From: Chiloscyllium plagiosum
Taxonomy: Eukaryota
Length of the DNA stretch: 64,000 nucleotides
Reading direction: 5' to 3'
NCBI RefSeq assembly: GCF_004010195.1
Contig: NC_057728.1
Coordinates: forward strand, 46,831,402-46,895,401
Every line of letters begins with the position of its first letter. The first letter of the stretch is position 1. Shown here piece after piece: positions 26,356 to 39,124 of this stretch. The notes under the pieces were generated by a model. It ran no database searches, was not told the origin of the DNA, and saw nothing but the letters and a program-made list of their open reading frames with translations. The position numbers were made by a program, and so were the translations under genes.

Positions 26356-27377
26356 TGTCGGAGAAATGCTCCATTTCCAATAAACCTCATACGCAGACCT
26401 TGTGAAATTGACAAGGTTGCTTATTTCACAATATCGTGGGGAGAGGTCAATGACTGCTTAGCTCAGAGTGACCGCTCAGCTCGGAATGACCGCTTAGCTC
26501 AGAATGACCTCTCAGCTCAGAATGACCACTCAGCTCAGAATGATCACTCAGCTCGGAATGACCTCTCAGCTCAGAAATATCACTCAGCTAGAAGCGACCA
26601 CTCAGCTAGGAGTGACCACTCAGCTCGGAGTGAGGAATGACCTCTCAGCTTGGAATGATCACTCAGCTCAGACTGACCACTCAGATCGGAATGGCCACTC
26701 AGCTCGGAATGACCACTCAGCCCGGAATGACCACTCAGTTCGGAATGATCACTCAGCTCGGAATGACCACTCAGCCCGGAATGATCACTCAGCTCGGAAT
26801 GACCTCTCAGCACTGATGAATCATAACCTCTCCGCTCAGCTACAGGCATGTACAGTTTATAAAGGGTGACATATGGCTGATTGTTGATTATAGAGCAATA
26901 CAGGTCTAACTACGATAGATAGTTTAACAATATTAAAAAGGCTAACAAACCTACTGGTCTAACAGCATTGATTAATTGAACAATGGTAACAGGAGGCTGA
27001 CAATATTACTCGTCTCAGACCATCAATTAGTTGAACAATTGAAACTGATCGAGTAGTTGTTCATAGTGGCGAGTGGGCAGTGACTATCAATATTAAACCA
27101 TTTGGTGACATCTTGTCGGCAGGGGCATTGTGTTAGCTGGAGCTCCCATGGAAAGAGAGACCCCTCGGGGGACTTATCAGTGGGTGTGGAGGTACAGCAG
27201 CATTGTCAGTGAGAGAGAATCCAATTAGCAGGCCATTTAACTAACATGTTTCCTCCGGTCAGCGAAGTGGCAGTTCATAATCAATTCCTGTGAAGAGCTA
27301 TCAGCAAGTTAGCTAACATGTCTCCTCTAGTCAGGCAACATGGCTTCCACACTCAAAATGGCTTCCCTTCTCCCACA
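26356..27377 (-). mobile_element. Solo LTR of about 1.02 kb, endogenous-retrovirus-like
   Basis: TG...CA ends with 10-bp imperfect inverted repeat (TGTGGGAGAA / TGTCGGAGAA); 5-bp TSD ctagt/cttgt; TATA-like tttataaa near 26857-26864; duplicated U3 motifs. Confidence 0.7.
26448..26812. repeat. 18-bp minisatellite, about 20 units, consensus GAATGACCACTCAGCTCG
   Basis: Tandem array visible directly. Confidence 0.95.
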
Positions 27378-28022
27378 CTTGTATTCCTGATTCTAACTCC
27401 ATTGTCAAATCAAACTGAATACCTGCAGGCAAGCATCCATCTCAATTGTTCAAAATTATCACACAGGAATTAACCAAGATGCACATTTGGTTGATACTGA
27501 CTTAATTGTTTGGTTTCACTGTCTTTGGGTGAAATGGTAACTTCAGTGTGGTCACTTTAATGCACTCTGTATGTGTTCCCTGTTGGACTATAACTTGAAC
27601 TATAACATCCCTGGGCTTGCCTCAATCTCTGATTATATTATCACCGTAACCACTTTAGATCAGTATAAATCAATTTAATCCATGATGTTCTGTTGTATTA
27701 AAATTAGAAAATGCAAGTTGAATATTGAGCATCCATGGTTACCACTATTATACTATTGAAGTCAGAAACAAAAACCATTTCTCAGATGTTTGCATGAGAA
27801 CAGTGCTTCTAAATCAAGTTGACTTTTCCATGACGGTCTGCTTCTGACCTTCAAACACTTAGCCTGCAAACTTCACCAGGAGTACCACTACAAGTACTTT
27901 GATGGAATTTTTCCCAATTTCCCAATGTTCTGACAAATACTGCAGCTTGACGCAGCTATCTGCTGGAGGGCAAGGGTATCATATGAACGCTTTAGAAATT
28001 ATCCACTAGGGCAGTAATGGTA

Positions 28023-28200
28023 GCCATGATGTGGAGGTGCTGGCGTTGGACTGGGGTGGACAAGGTCAGAAGTCACACGTCACCAAGTTAGAGTCCAACA
28101 GGTCTATTGAAATCATAAACATTAGGAGTGTTGCTCCTTTGTCGGGTGAAGTTTGAAGGAGCATCACTCCAAAAGTTTGTGATTTCAATTAAACCTGGAT
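28023..28200. mobile_element. Older family B-related PLE derivative with fold-back
   Basis: Same terminal sequence (gttggactgggg...); internal inverted repeat; flanking taatggta duplication. Confidence 0.65.
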
Positions 28201-30696
28201 GATAATGGTAAGAAGGCTAAAATAGCAATCCAGAGCCTAATGCACAGATGATAAGGCTGGTGGTGGTAATGGGTAGGATGATGAAGGTTGTTGGGTTGGG
28301 GGCTCAAATAAGGTGAAATCAGCATCAATGGTTCTGATTTCTTATTTGCACAATGTTAAAGAGGTCAAGAATCTTCTGAGCTGTGATATAAAAGAAGCTT
28401 CATCAGAATAATTTCAATTTTCAGAAGCTCAGTTGATGAATTGATTGCCTGACAGTGGATTCATTTTAAGGGGGTGGAACATGTAATTGATGAAGTGAGA
28501 TAGGTTTCAACCTTGTAAGAGTTATGACTCATGACAATATTGAACATCTGTTGTGAGCAGCATTCAGGATCGTTATGCTGTGATGCTGGATAATATAATG
28601 GATAATTTCATATAGCAGTTCATCAGATTGTTTAATTTGGGCTTCAAATGATGATAATTGTAAATTTGGGCTGTGTATCAAGCTGCCATTATAATTTGCA
28701 CCATAAAATCCTGAAGGCTGCAGCAATCAGCAGAGAATCAGCATCACACCCCGTGAGATATTTTCCCATTCATGTACAACATAGTACAGATTTCCAAAAA
28801 TCACAACTGATTTTTCCAGCCCGCCTCATCAGACCCCCTCAGATTATGAATTCCATTATCATACTTAATGAAAGTTAAACGATTAACCATAAGATTGATG
28901 CTTTTAAGTTTAAAATCATCTGAACCTCCTAAAATAGAACAGAGCCCCAAAATTGATACATGCAACACAGTATGATGTTCTTTAATTGATAGTGGAGAGT
29001 AATGATGTAGCTAGCCTTACATGACAGGATGCATTATGCCTTTAATTTAAGATGTCTTTAACAGAATGTGTTTTCTTCAGATTGTAATGCAAAGGATATT
29101 AATTACCTTTAATCTCTGTTTATTACCTGGATTTATTATTGTCAATACATATTAGACAGAAAGCAATAAGAGAGCAGCAGGACAGCAACTGAATCATTTT
29201 GTTTCTCAAGAGAAAATCATAAATGCTTTGCGTGTATAAAAATTACACAGATCTTTCTCTCAAATAATATGAACACTACTGAGTGGAGATTTCACTTTTG
29301 ATGATCAGTGATTTTTTAAAATTATCTAACTCAGGTTACAACTCAAATTCATTTTCTAAACTGTAAATCCAAAATCTGACCCTAATCAGCACAATGGGGC
29401 AGAACTTTGGAACCTTAATTTTGCTTGAGAAAATGTATTGCTTGATATATTTAAGTGTGGGAACCTGGGATTGCTTGATTAGTATAGCGAAATGGAGTAT
29501 ATCTTAATAAGGGAAATAAATAAATTTGAAATTTGAAATTATTTAAAATCATTTCTTGGTTACAGTGAGATATGGCAGTTAAGTTCCTAGTACATTAAAA
29601 TGTTCATATTTATGACCTTGAGCTACAAAGAAGAATTTCAATTTTACAGCCATCTCAAAGGCTTGTAAAAGGATTACAGTTAACAGAAACTCAGTTTGCA
29701 CTGGATGTAATTTGCACTTGAAATGTTGTGAGCATTTGCACTTGCATCAGCAATTTCAGAGGAATTTACACCAATCAGTAGAACTCACCTCTGCAAAAGC
29801 TTCAGGTCTACTGTGTTAACAGGAAAGGTTATTGGCAGTTGTACCTTCCTTCTAAGAAACAGCAAAATTATTAAATGTAACAGATCACAGACTTGAGATG
29901 GAAGAGTATTAGTTCACAGCATTCATTTTAACCATCATGTACTGCAAGGGCTCATCATTTCATTCAGTAAGAAACATGTACACACCAGACTAATAATTCA
30001 AACTGTTTTCTCCTTGATCTTGAACAATGAAATATCATTGAGTGGATGTATCACTTTTGGTGTGCCCACTGATGTTATAAAATTATTTTCCTTCATTCAC
30101 TTCAAGGTGAAGAAAGCACACTGGACGTTTTGCTCCCTCATCAACAGATGAGGGGTCAAGTTAAATCCAACGGGTTATATTCCCTCTGGCCATGTGAGGG
30201 TATAGGTCTGACATATGTCAGGAAGCAGCGAAAAATGTTGGCCCATTCTTGACACTATTGAAAACTTCAAGTGGCCTCAATCCAGCACCACCGGTATTTT
30301 AACTGCAGCTAGGGGAGGCCTAGGCAATGTTGGAAGCCCAGCAGCTTTATTTGTGTGGGTTGTTATTTGGCAAAGAAATGGCCAAAGAGACATCCCATCC
30401 ACAACCTCCTCACTGAGGTCCCAAACCATAAACTTATCTCCCTTCCTCATCAATGATGTGACTGTCTGTAGTCCCAAATGAGGACTGGTGCTGCTGGAAC
30501 TACAGGGCTGTCAGCCATGCAATTGGTTAACAGATCTCTATCAATGAGGCAGGACTTCCTCCCAAGGTAAGTCTTGAATTAAAACAATTAAAGTTGATCA
30601 CAGTGTTAAATTACTGAAAGGCAGCAATCTGGATCAGAAGTGATTGCTCCCATTCCAAATACTTTGCAGGTACTTTAGCTAAGGGGGTAGGGACCA

Positions 30697-31245
30697 TTGA
30701 ATTGAATTGAATTAGCTTTATTGTCATGTGTGCTCAAACGAGTACAGTGAAACTTTCTCAAGTCGCCACTTATGGTACCATCTTAGGTACAAGGTACCTA
30801 GGTACAGATTCTTCAGTACAAGTTCTTAGAAACAGAAATTAGAAAAATAAAGAAATTAAAAAGTCCAGCATTACAGATCATAGGAATAAATTAGAAAACA
30901 AAGACATAAAAAGTTCAGAACAACAGGCCTTCCAACCCAGTCCTCATTGGCAACTAGCCTCCATTCCCAGCTGGGCCTTGAGATCAGATCACACTGGGTT
31001 TCACTTCAAGGGTCTCGAGGCTGGGAGACCGCTCTGGAATCACCTCAAAGCTGAAAGTCCACGCTGAGACCACCAGGCCAAGAGGCCGACACATGCCTCT
31101 GACAGATTGCCACGCCAAGCCAAGAGGACACCTTGCCAGATCCGCACTGAGGAGTTCAGGGTGTCGCTGGGAAGACAGGCGAGAGAACAAAAATGCAGAA
31201 GGGAGAAAAGGAGAAAAAAGAAAAATAAACGGACAGAGCGGTTGA
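30697..31245 (-). mobile_element. Non-autonomous element with a Rex1-like 3' end
   Basis: (ttgaa)n plus tttattgtca...gtacagtgaaa mirrors the Rex1 3' end at 5812-5868; 5' boundary uncertain. Confidence 0.5.
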
Positions 31246-31261
31246 GTGTCCCTTTGAATAC

Positions 31262-31349
31262 CACCATAATAATTACTATCTTCTTCATCATGGTTTTTAA
31301 ATGCTTTGAGAAAGCTATAACGCTCTTGTTGATTGAGACAAAATGACAT
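31262..31349 (-). CDS. Candidate exon: MSFCLNQQERYSFLKAFKNHDEEDSNYYG
   Basis: Acceptor ttgttttacag|, donor GTG|gtattc; 88 nt, open in phase 0 to 1; a second frame is also open. Confidence 0.45.
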
Positions 31350-32208
31350 CTGTAAAACAATATTAGTTCGCCTTCATGTAAACCTTTTGATGAGATCTCC
31401 AAATACTTTCTGGAGAGACAAAAATTCTGCAGTAACAGATCAACCACTGAATTGTAACAAAGCTGAAAACTGTCAATAAGAAGGGAAAAAAATTTTCAAG
31501 CCACATGAGGTGTCCCAGTGAGATGAGTGGAGAGGTACAGATAGCAAACTAGTAATTTTGAATAAAATGTCATAAGCTTGGCAGAAATTGTGTACTGAAA
31601 AATGTTTAAAAGCATGTCTAAATCTGTTTGCAATACCAAATGTTATTGTATTAGGTTAAACATTGCTATTAGTTCATTATATCATATTAGATCAGATGTG
31701 CAGACAGAAGCAATCTGACCCACTGCATCTGCCAGCAATTAAAGAGCTTTCTTCTTAATTCCCTGTAGTCCTGGAAATGTATCATCTTCAAGTAATTATC
31801 CAAATATACAGGCACAAGTTTTGTTTATAAATGCATAGGAAATGACATTTTGAGCTTTGACTTGAAATAGCCTCCCCTCCTGATCTCATGTGCTGCCATT
31901 TACAAAGTGGACCAAGTTACCTTTTCAATGGAAAAATTTGCAAAGCTTCATGTCTCCCCTTTTAGGAAATTTTTGCCATGCACAGGCGCTTACCGGGATG
32001 GTAGGGGATCAAGCGCTTCGCCCCCACCCCAACTACTCTCAGCCATCAGTGCTGTCTTCCCAGAGCTGCTAGGGAAATAAAAGCTGGTGCTAACTGTACA
32101 GCAGCCAGCAATGTCTAATGTTCTCCCCAGACTCTATAGCCCATTGCTGAGTGAGGACAGAAGCAGTGTTGTGGGCTAGGGGTCATGTGGAAGGGAGGTC
32201 TTTTTTTT

Positions 32209-32522
32209 AAGATTAGATTCCCTACAGTGTGGAAACAGGCCCTTTGACCCAACAAGACCACATCGACACTCCGAACAGTAACCCACCCAGACCCCCACAT
32301 TTACCCCTGACTAAGGTACCTAAGGCTATGGGCAATTTAGCATGGTCAATTCACCTGACTTGTACATCTTTGGATTCTGGGAAGAAACCAGAGCACTCAG
32401 AGGAAACCCACGCAGACATAGGGAGAATGTGTAAACTCCACACAGACAGTCGCCCCAGGTGGGAATTGAACCCAGGTCCCTGGTGCTGTGAGGCAGCGGT
32501 ACTAACCACTGATCCACCGTGT
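32209..32522 (-). mobile_element. HE1-type V-SINE
   Basis: Full reverse-complement head, V domain and tail. Confidence 0.9.
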
Positions 32523-34221
32523 TGGTCAGTAGAAAGGGCACTGGGTAAGTCTCAAAACAGCATCCCATTCCTCCTCAGAGATAAAAAAAATCATTTTGTG
32601 GAAATTGTAATCATGCTGGTTCTCCATTTTGAGTGATCTAACTTGAGGTATACAGAACACAACATTCACAAGATTTGCTTGCTTTTGCTTTTGGGTTATA
32701 ACAGGTCTCTCAGTCAGGAACGGATTTTCTTTGACTGATGGACTCGTCCAACTCCCACGCCATCCTGCCCTGGGAGGCTGAGAGGTTTGGATTTTTTGCT
32801 CTTCAGACAGTGAGACCCCTCTCACACACAGCATAGGCTGCAGGGCAGGAAGGCCATCTGAGGCCTCCCCACGACAGACTCATTCATGGTGGAAAAGACA
32901 AGATGGTGGGCTCTGTACCAGTCACTCTCCTGCTCCATCACCAAACGGAGAGTGGCATTAAATTCCACTCTAACATTCTTTGTTTGCAATGGCAACTTTA
33001 GCTATTTTAAACTTCAAACTTAAACAATGTTAGTCACATCTCAGTCTCTGCAAGTACTCACTCACCATATTTTATACACAAAGTTTAACCTGAAGCACTT
33101 TTTCTGGCAATGGTTACATGTTCATTCCTACTTTTAGTATTTATTTAGACAAGGTTTTTTTACAATACAACATTTTAACTTGCGAATTAAGGAGGTTGTG
33201 TTAACAATATGTTTACAAAAAACATACTTTTAATCCAAAACACAGTCAGCTCCCTTCTCTTCATCAAATACTGCCATAAATTCTATTCTGAAGATGAATC
33301 ATATTGATTTGAAATGCCTACCTCCACAGATGCTGTCAGATTTGCTGAGTTTCTCCAGCATTTTGTTTTTTTTTACTGCCATAAATTGTTAGCCTACATT
33401 GATATAATGGCTTTAAGTGACTTAATGAAGTGACTTTCCCTGTCACAGTTTATCTCCTAAATGAAATATGAGGAATACTTAAGTTATTTTAAATTACAAA
33501 ATAACAAAATACGAATTTCTAGCATTAAATTAATTTCAAGGCTAGTTGGTGCATTTTCAACAAGGTCAGTAATTCCAAATAATACATGAATTATGCAAAT
33601 TTGGCAAATTGAAGTAGAGCAGGAAAAGTAAGCAGTTGTTCCCATTTTCTACCTGGATTAGCAAATAGAACAGGACTGGTAAGTTCCAAAGCTTAGCAAG
33701 ACAATAGTTGGATTTTCCACTGGTCATATAGTCATTATTCCAACATAGATGGGAAGTGTGCATGGAGACCCTGGGGAATCCCCATAGTAGGAGACTCTGA
33801 AGGTATCAGGAAGAGTCCGCTGGGCAATTCCTTTACATCAACATCCTTCCAAAACTCTCAGAGGGTTCTGATGAAATTGAGTAACTCAGGAAAAGTTAGA
33901 CAATTAAATACATAGTCCAATGCCTGAGTAACTACTTACTTCACGCACTTTCCCTCCATCACAGTTCCCTCAGAACACCTACAACCTCAAGACCCTAACC
34001 TGACACCTATGTCTCTTCTCAGAAACTGACACCGCCGCAACATACTTCCACACCCTCCTTACTCTGAACTCAACTACCTTCATTCACAGCTCCAGACCAA
34101 GCTCCCCTACACCCGCTCATGACCTAACCCCCTTTTACTCCTGGGAGCTGGCACTGCTTCCCTTTCTCTGCATCCAATTCCCCATTCACCCATTGTGGAC
34201 CTGATCCCTTTCACCTTAAGA

Positions 34222-34355
34222 CCATAAGTCCATAAGACATAGGAGTGGAAGTAAGGCCATTCGGCCCATCGAGTCCACTCCGCCATTCAATCATGGCTGA
34301 TGGGCATTTCAACTCCACTTACCCACATTCTCCCCGTAGCCCTTAATTCCTTGTG
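34222..34355 (-). mobile_element. CR1 3' tail
   Basis: cataagacataggagtggaagtaaggccattcggcccatcgag... Confidence 0.8.
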
Positions 34356-36118
34356 ACCTCTTGGGAGCTGACAACCCTTCCCCTTGATTTCGACCTATCT
34401 GGCCCTGGACAAGGTACAATCTACCTTCACCAAGAATGCCATCCCTTTGACCTGCTCCCGTTGTGCACAAGTTGGACCCCACTCACCCTAACCCCACTCC
34501 ATATCGATCCCACCCTCATCCCTGGGATCCAACAACCCTGTCCCTCACCACTGGATCTGACAGACATCTCTAACCCAACACCTACCCTCCCCTGCCCAGC
34601 CTGGACTTTCCTACCCACCTCAACCTACCCTAAACACTGCATCACTTACCTAATACTCTTGCCATCTTGCACCCTAGCCCCCTACCATTTTCCCAGCAGG
34701 CAAACTGCCACCCAGCTAAGCTGGCACTCTGTCTACCTGACACTCTAATAGCTGGTTCTGCTTATCTGGTACCTGGCTAGCCTGGACCCTACTGACGTAG
34801 CAGCCTATGTCCCCCACCCCCACTTTCAGCTGCCCCTTACACTCTGGGCATCCTAACCTCACACTTACCTCATGTACTCCCATTTGACAGTAACTGATTG
34901 TGATTCTGGACCTTTAATTTGCAGCATACAGCAGCTGAATGCTGTGAAATGATGGGGGGTTAGAATTTGCCTTCCGCCGAACAGTTAGAATGGAAGGAAA
35001 GCTCTATTTTCCTAAAGGAGCCCTTATCATAATCTCACGGTCAGAAATGGGACCTTACTCCTTTCAGGAAAATAATAAGGCCACACTGTCAGCCACCCCT
35101 CAGAAAATTCAGTCTGATTAAGAAAATCCTAAATATGATGCTCTCTGGGATTTTGTTGGGCTGATGAGGGGTCCATTCCATCAGTCAAAGAGCTAGTGGA
35201 GGATCAGTTCATAGAAATAATTGAATCAAGTGCTCTTCAATCAAATCTAGCAGTCAGGACTCCTCCATCAACACTTCTAATTTCCACCTAAATCGGGGTA
35301 GGTTCACCCCCACACTAGAAACTGGCGTGGGGATTCTCCAAAAGCAATTTCCAACCCTTATAAGCTGAATTCTACCCAGCCCTGTACAGTTACAGAGCCA
35401 AGGAGAAGTCAGCATGAAACTGCAGGGTCATGTACTCATAAAGTTTGTCAGCAGCTGGCTTGGTGAGAGTAATACTGAGTTTGAACTAATCAACTGTGTC
35501 TTGATAAGCAGAAAAAAGACCCTCCTGCTGGTGCCTTGAGTCTGGAATATTATTTGCACAATATGAGGTAGGCTTTACAAGTACTGACAAAGCCATGAAG
35601 CTATGAGACTGCTGTTACTTTTAACTGCAGTACCTTATTAATCCAGAACAGTGAGCAAAGGCAAATAATAAAAAAAGAGTTATTTTTATACACAGTTAAA
35701 ATTAATTGATGAATTTGTCTACATCTACCTATGTCGTTCAAGTGTGCCTCTACTTAGTCTGCTGAACTGAAACACTTATGTAAATGTATAAAGTGTTTCT
35801 GAACTGGAAATGTGTTTTTCTTTGGTAAATGGTTTGGAAGATATATTAATGGATCTACATATGTAAAATAAGCTACAACGATTTGGAAGTCATCTACTTA
35901 CACTTTAATGCTAAGTGAAATGCAGTTTCAGACCAAGATTATTTCCAACACTACTCAATCACCCAGCGCACTCAAATGCATACAATGGAACTCTGATCTG
36001 TTTTCTGTCTGTGTTTCCATTTTGAACGTAAGACAAAATGAATTAGGCCGAGGAACTGGCCCAAGTTCATTTACTGTTGTCGCAATTTATTTCATCAATT
36101 CAGTTGTCGATTTCATTT

Positions 36119-36209
36119 TTAAGAATATCGAGATTCCTTTTCACATGTGTCATCTGTTTTCTGATGTGCCTTTTTGCAAAATTCATTATTGACAAAAGCA
36201 GGTAAAATA
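36119..36209 (-). CDS. Candidate exon ending in a stop: (C)ILPAFVNNEFCKKAHQKTDDTCEKESRYS*
   Basis: Acceptor ccttttcag|; phase 2 matches the 43392 exon; a strong donor (gtaagt) lies further on at 35901. Confidence 0.3.
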
Positions 36210-37614
36210 CTGAAAAGGTAATTCCATTACATTCATTTGGGAAGCACAGTAAATCTGCAAGTTTTGCTTTGCGTTGAAACAACTGGCTGCTTTATTTATC
36301 AAAATGCAAAACAAAACTGACCAGAAGGACAAAGTGAGGTAAAGTAGGACACAGCAACAAATAGATCTCTTTTGTTATTGTGGTATAATTTGGCATTTCA
36401 CAGTGTATGCCACCACAGAAGGTGTTATCTATTCCTGCTGAGCAGACTAATAGCATCATAGCAAGCCCACAGATGGTTCCAGGCCAAGGACCTCATATAA
36501 AAAGACATCAAGGAAGATGGAAAAGGGATGAAAAAACATTAAAGGTCACCAGACCACTCCTGTCATGCCTACCACAGGATGTGTCTGGCATGCAGAATGC
36601 ATCAGGAGTACAAAATAAAACATCCTCTCACTTCCTTGATTTACTTGTGATCTTGAGATTTTAACAACCTTTGAGAATTCATTACGAAAAGCTAGGAAAA
36701 CTTCATGCATTTACATTTATTTCCGTTGAATTAAGTGTGTTTCATGTGCATGCTATAAATTTCCAAATTTCTATTTGGAAACATGCAGATGGCTGACCGA
36801 CACGAGACTCCCCAAGCAGGTGAAAAGGCAGGCCAGCCCCAGGTGGACGGAGGAAGTGCTTCAGTAATGTCCTCAAGGCAGCCTCCTGGTTCCTGCCCCA
36901 CCTCATCCCTGCCCAGTGGAGATTCTCCAAGCGGATACTAATGCTTTTGCTTTTTTAATCCATTCATGGGATCTGGTCGACGCAGGCTAGCTCAGCATTC
37001 ATTGCCCATACCTAATTGTCCTTGAGGAGATGGTAGTGAGTCACCTTCTTAAAGTGGAGCAGTCAAGGAGGTAGAGATAAACCCATGGTGCTGTTAGGGA
37101 GGGAGTTCCAGGTATATGACCCAGCAACAGTGAAAGAACAATGTAAGATGGCAGATACTTCCCAGGCTGTGTACAACATGAGGCATGGTAGAAAAGTTGG
37201 CAAAATCGGATGAGATTCCATTGAGGAACCTCTTGATATCATTTACCAACCAAATACACCACTGCCAAGAATTCCAGGGATGTCCTGAAAGTTATGAGTA
37301 CTTCTGTGTTTGGCATCACTGGTGAAATGGGGCATGGTTAATGAGACCAGTTTGTGATATAAGGATGAAAAAGCTCATTAGGCCTCAGGGAGAGAAACTC
37401 TCAAAAAAACTTGTCCAAAGTGGCACCTGGCTGATCTCTTGTAAGATTCAACCCACACGTTCAAAATCAAGATGCTGTGTGGCATGGAGGGAACTTGCAT
37501 GTGGTTGTGAGCCCATCGTGTTTCACCCACACTGTTGCTGTTTCTTCAAGTTTCTTTAAGAATCCTGGCTGCCCGAGTCCTAAATCTCCTCTTATCTCCA
37601 AATATCTTTCCTGG

Positions 37615-37890
37615 TTTTCAGATATTCCAAAGTGCTTTATAGCTGATTATCACTGTTGCAATGTAAGAAACATAGCAAACAATCTGTGCACAGCAAGATC
37701 CCAAGGACAGCAGTGTGAACATGAGCAGGTGATCTGTTTTGCTTGATGTTGCTTGATAAATATTGGACAGGCCACAGCAGATCATTCTCCTTAAACATCT
37801 ACAAAATAATGACATGGGAACTTTTCCACCCACCTGGGGATAGCACATTAGTCAGTGCAGCATTGTCTCAGTACTGTGTTGGTATGGCAG
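37615..37890 (-). mobile_element. DeuSINE (SacSINE1/AmnSINE1-like)
   Basis: Minus strand ccaatatttatc...aaaacagat...gggatcttgctgtgcac...tacattgcaacagtg resembles the Deu domain. Confidence 0.7.
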
Positions 37891-38090
37891 CTTGATAAGC
37901 AATGAGGTGAAATAGAAACCAAACTACATGATCCTTGACTGGGCAATGGAGAAGACATTAACAGCATTCACCTAAGACCTAGAAAGGACATCTGTTTCCA
38001 ATGCTTCTATGAAGCAAGATTGGAATTTGGATAATGAAATAACAAAGATTGGTATAAAGATATTGTCTTTCCCTGTACCGCTCAGAGTTA

Positions 38091-39124
38091 AAAAGTGCAG
38101 TGCTGGAAAAGCACAGCCGGCCAGGCAGCATCCGAGATGTAGGACAGTCAAGGTTTCAAGCATAAGCTCTTCATCAGGAATGTTGTGGGGAGGGGGCTCA
38201 AGGGAGCTAAGAGATAAATGGGAGGAGGGCGGGGCTGATGGTAAGGTAGCTGGGTGTGAAATAACTTTGGATCTGGGATAACATGGGGGAGGGGAGATGA
38301 GGAAACTGGTGAAATCGACATTGATCCCACATGATTGGAGGGTCCCAAGGTGAAAGATGAGGCATTCTTCCTCCAGGTGTTGGGTGGCTAGAATTTGCTG
38401 GTGGAGGAGGCCTAGGACTAGCATGTTCTTGGTGAAGTGGGAGGGGGAGTTGAAGTGTTCGGCCACAGGGTGGTGGAGTTATTTAGTACATGTCCCAGAG
38501 ATGTTCTCTGAAGTGTTCTGCAAATTGACCTCCTGTCTCCCCAGTGTAGAGGAGACCACATTGAGAGCAATGGTCACAGTAGATGATGTATATGGAGGTG
38601 CAGGATAATCTCTAATGGATGTGGAAGGATCCTTTGGGCCCTTGGGCGCAAGACGTGTAAGTCACCGCCAAATCCTAGCCACCCGACGCCTGGAGGAAGA
38701 ACACCTCATCTTCCTCCTTGGGATCCTCCAACCACCCAGGATCAATGTTGATTTCACCAGTTTCCTCATCTCCCCTCCCCCTAGCTTATCCCAGATCCAA
38801 CCTTCCAACTTGATATCACCCTCTTGAACAGTCCTACCTGTCCATCTTCCTTCCCACCTATCTGCTCCACCCTCCACTCCGACCTATCACCATCAACCCC
38901 CACTTTCATCTACCTATCGCAATACCAGCTATCCTCCCCCCTCAGCCCCACCTCCTCCCATTTATCACTCAGCCCCCTTGGGTCACCCCCACACATTTCT
39001 GATGAGGGGTTTATGCTCGAAACGTCAACACCCCTGCTCCTCAGATGCTGCCTGACTGACTGTCCTTTTCCAGCACCACAGTCTCGATTCTGATCTCCAG
39101 CATCTGCAGTCCTCCATTTCTCCC
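38091..39124. mobile_element. Penelope-like element: inverted pair of 3' ends including GIY-YIG endonuclease remnant
   Basis: Minus strand CTSIYIIYCDHCSQCGLLYTGETG...FREHL and VAEHFNSPSH...LEEECLIFHLGTLQ..GINVDF; plus strand RRLEEEHLIFLLGILQPPRINVDF; 10-bp TSD ctcagagtta. Confidence 0.9.

Noticed and set aside
26448..26812. CRISPR-like array or repetitive protein (ORFs 26504-26869 and 26580-26849)
   Set aside because: Units are contiguous with no unique spacers, and the ORFs arise because the unit length is a multiple of 3
27413..27487. FLCDNFEQLRWMLACR resembling a PH-domain C-terminal helix
   Set aside because: Preceded by an in-frame stop and a weak acceptor; the similarity is too short
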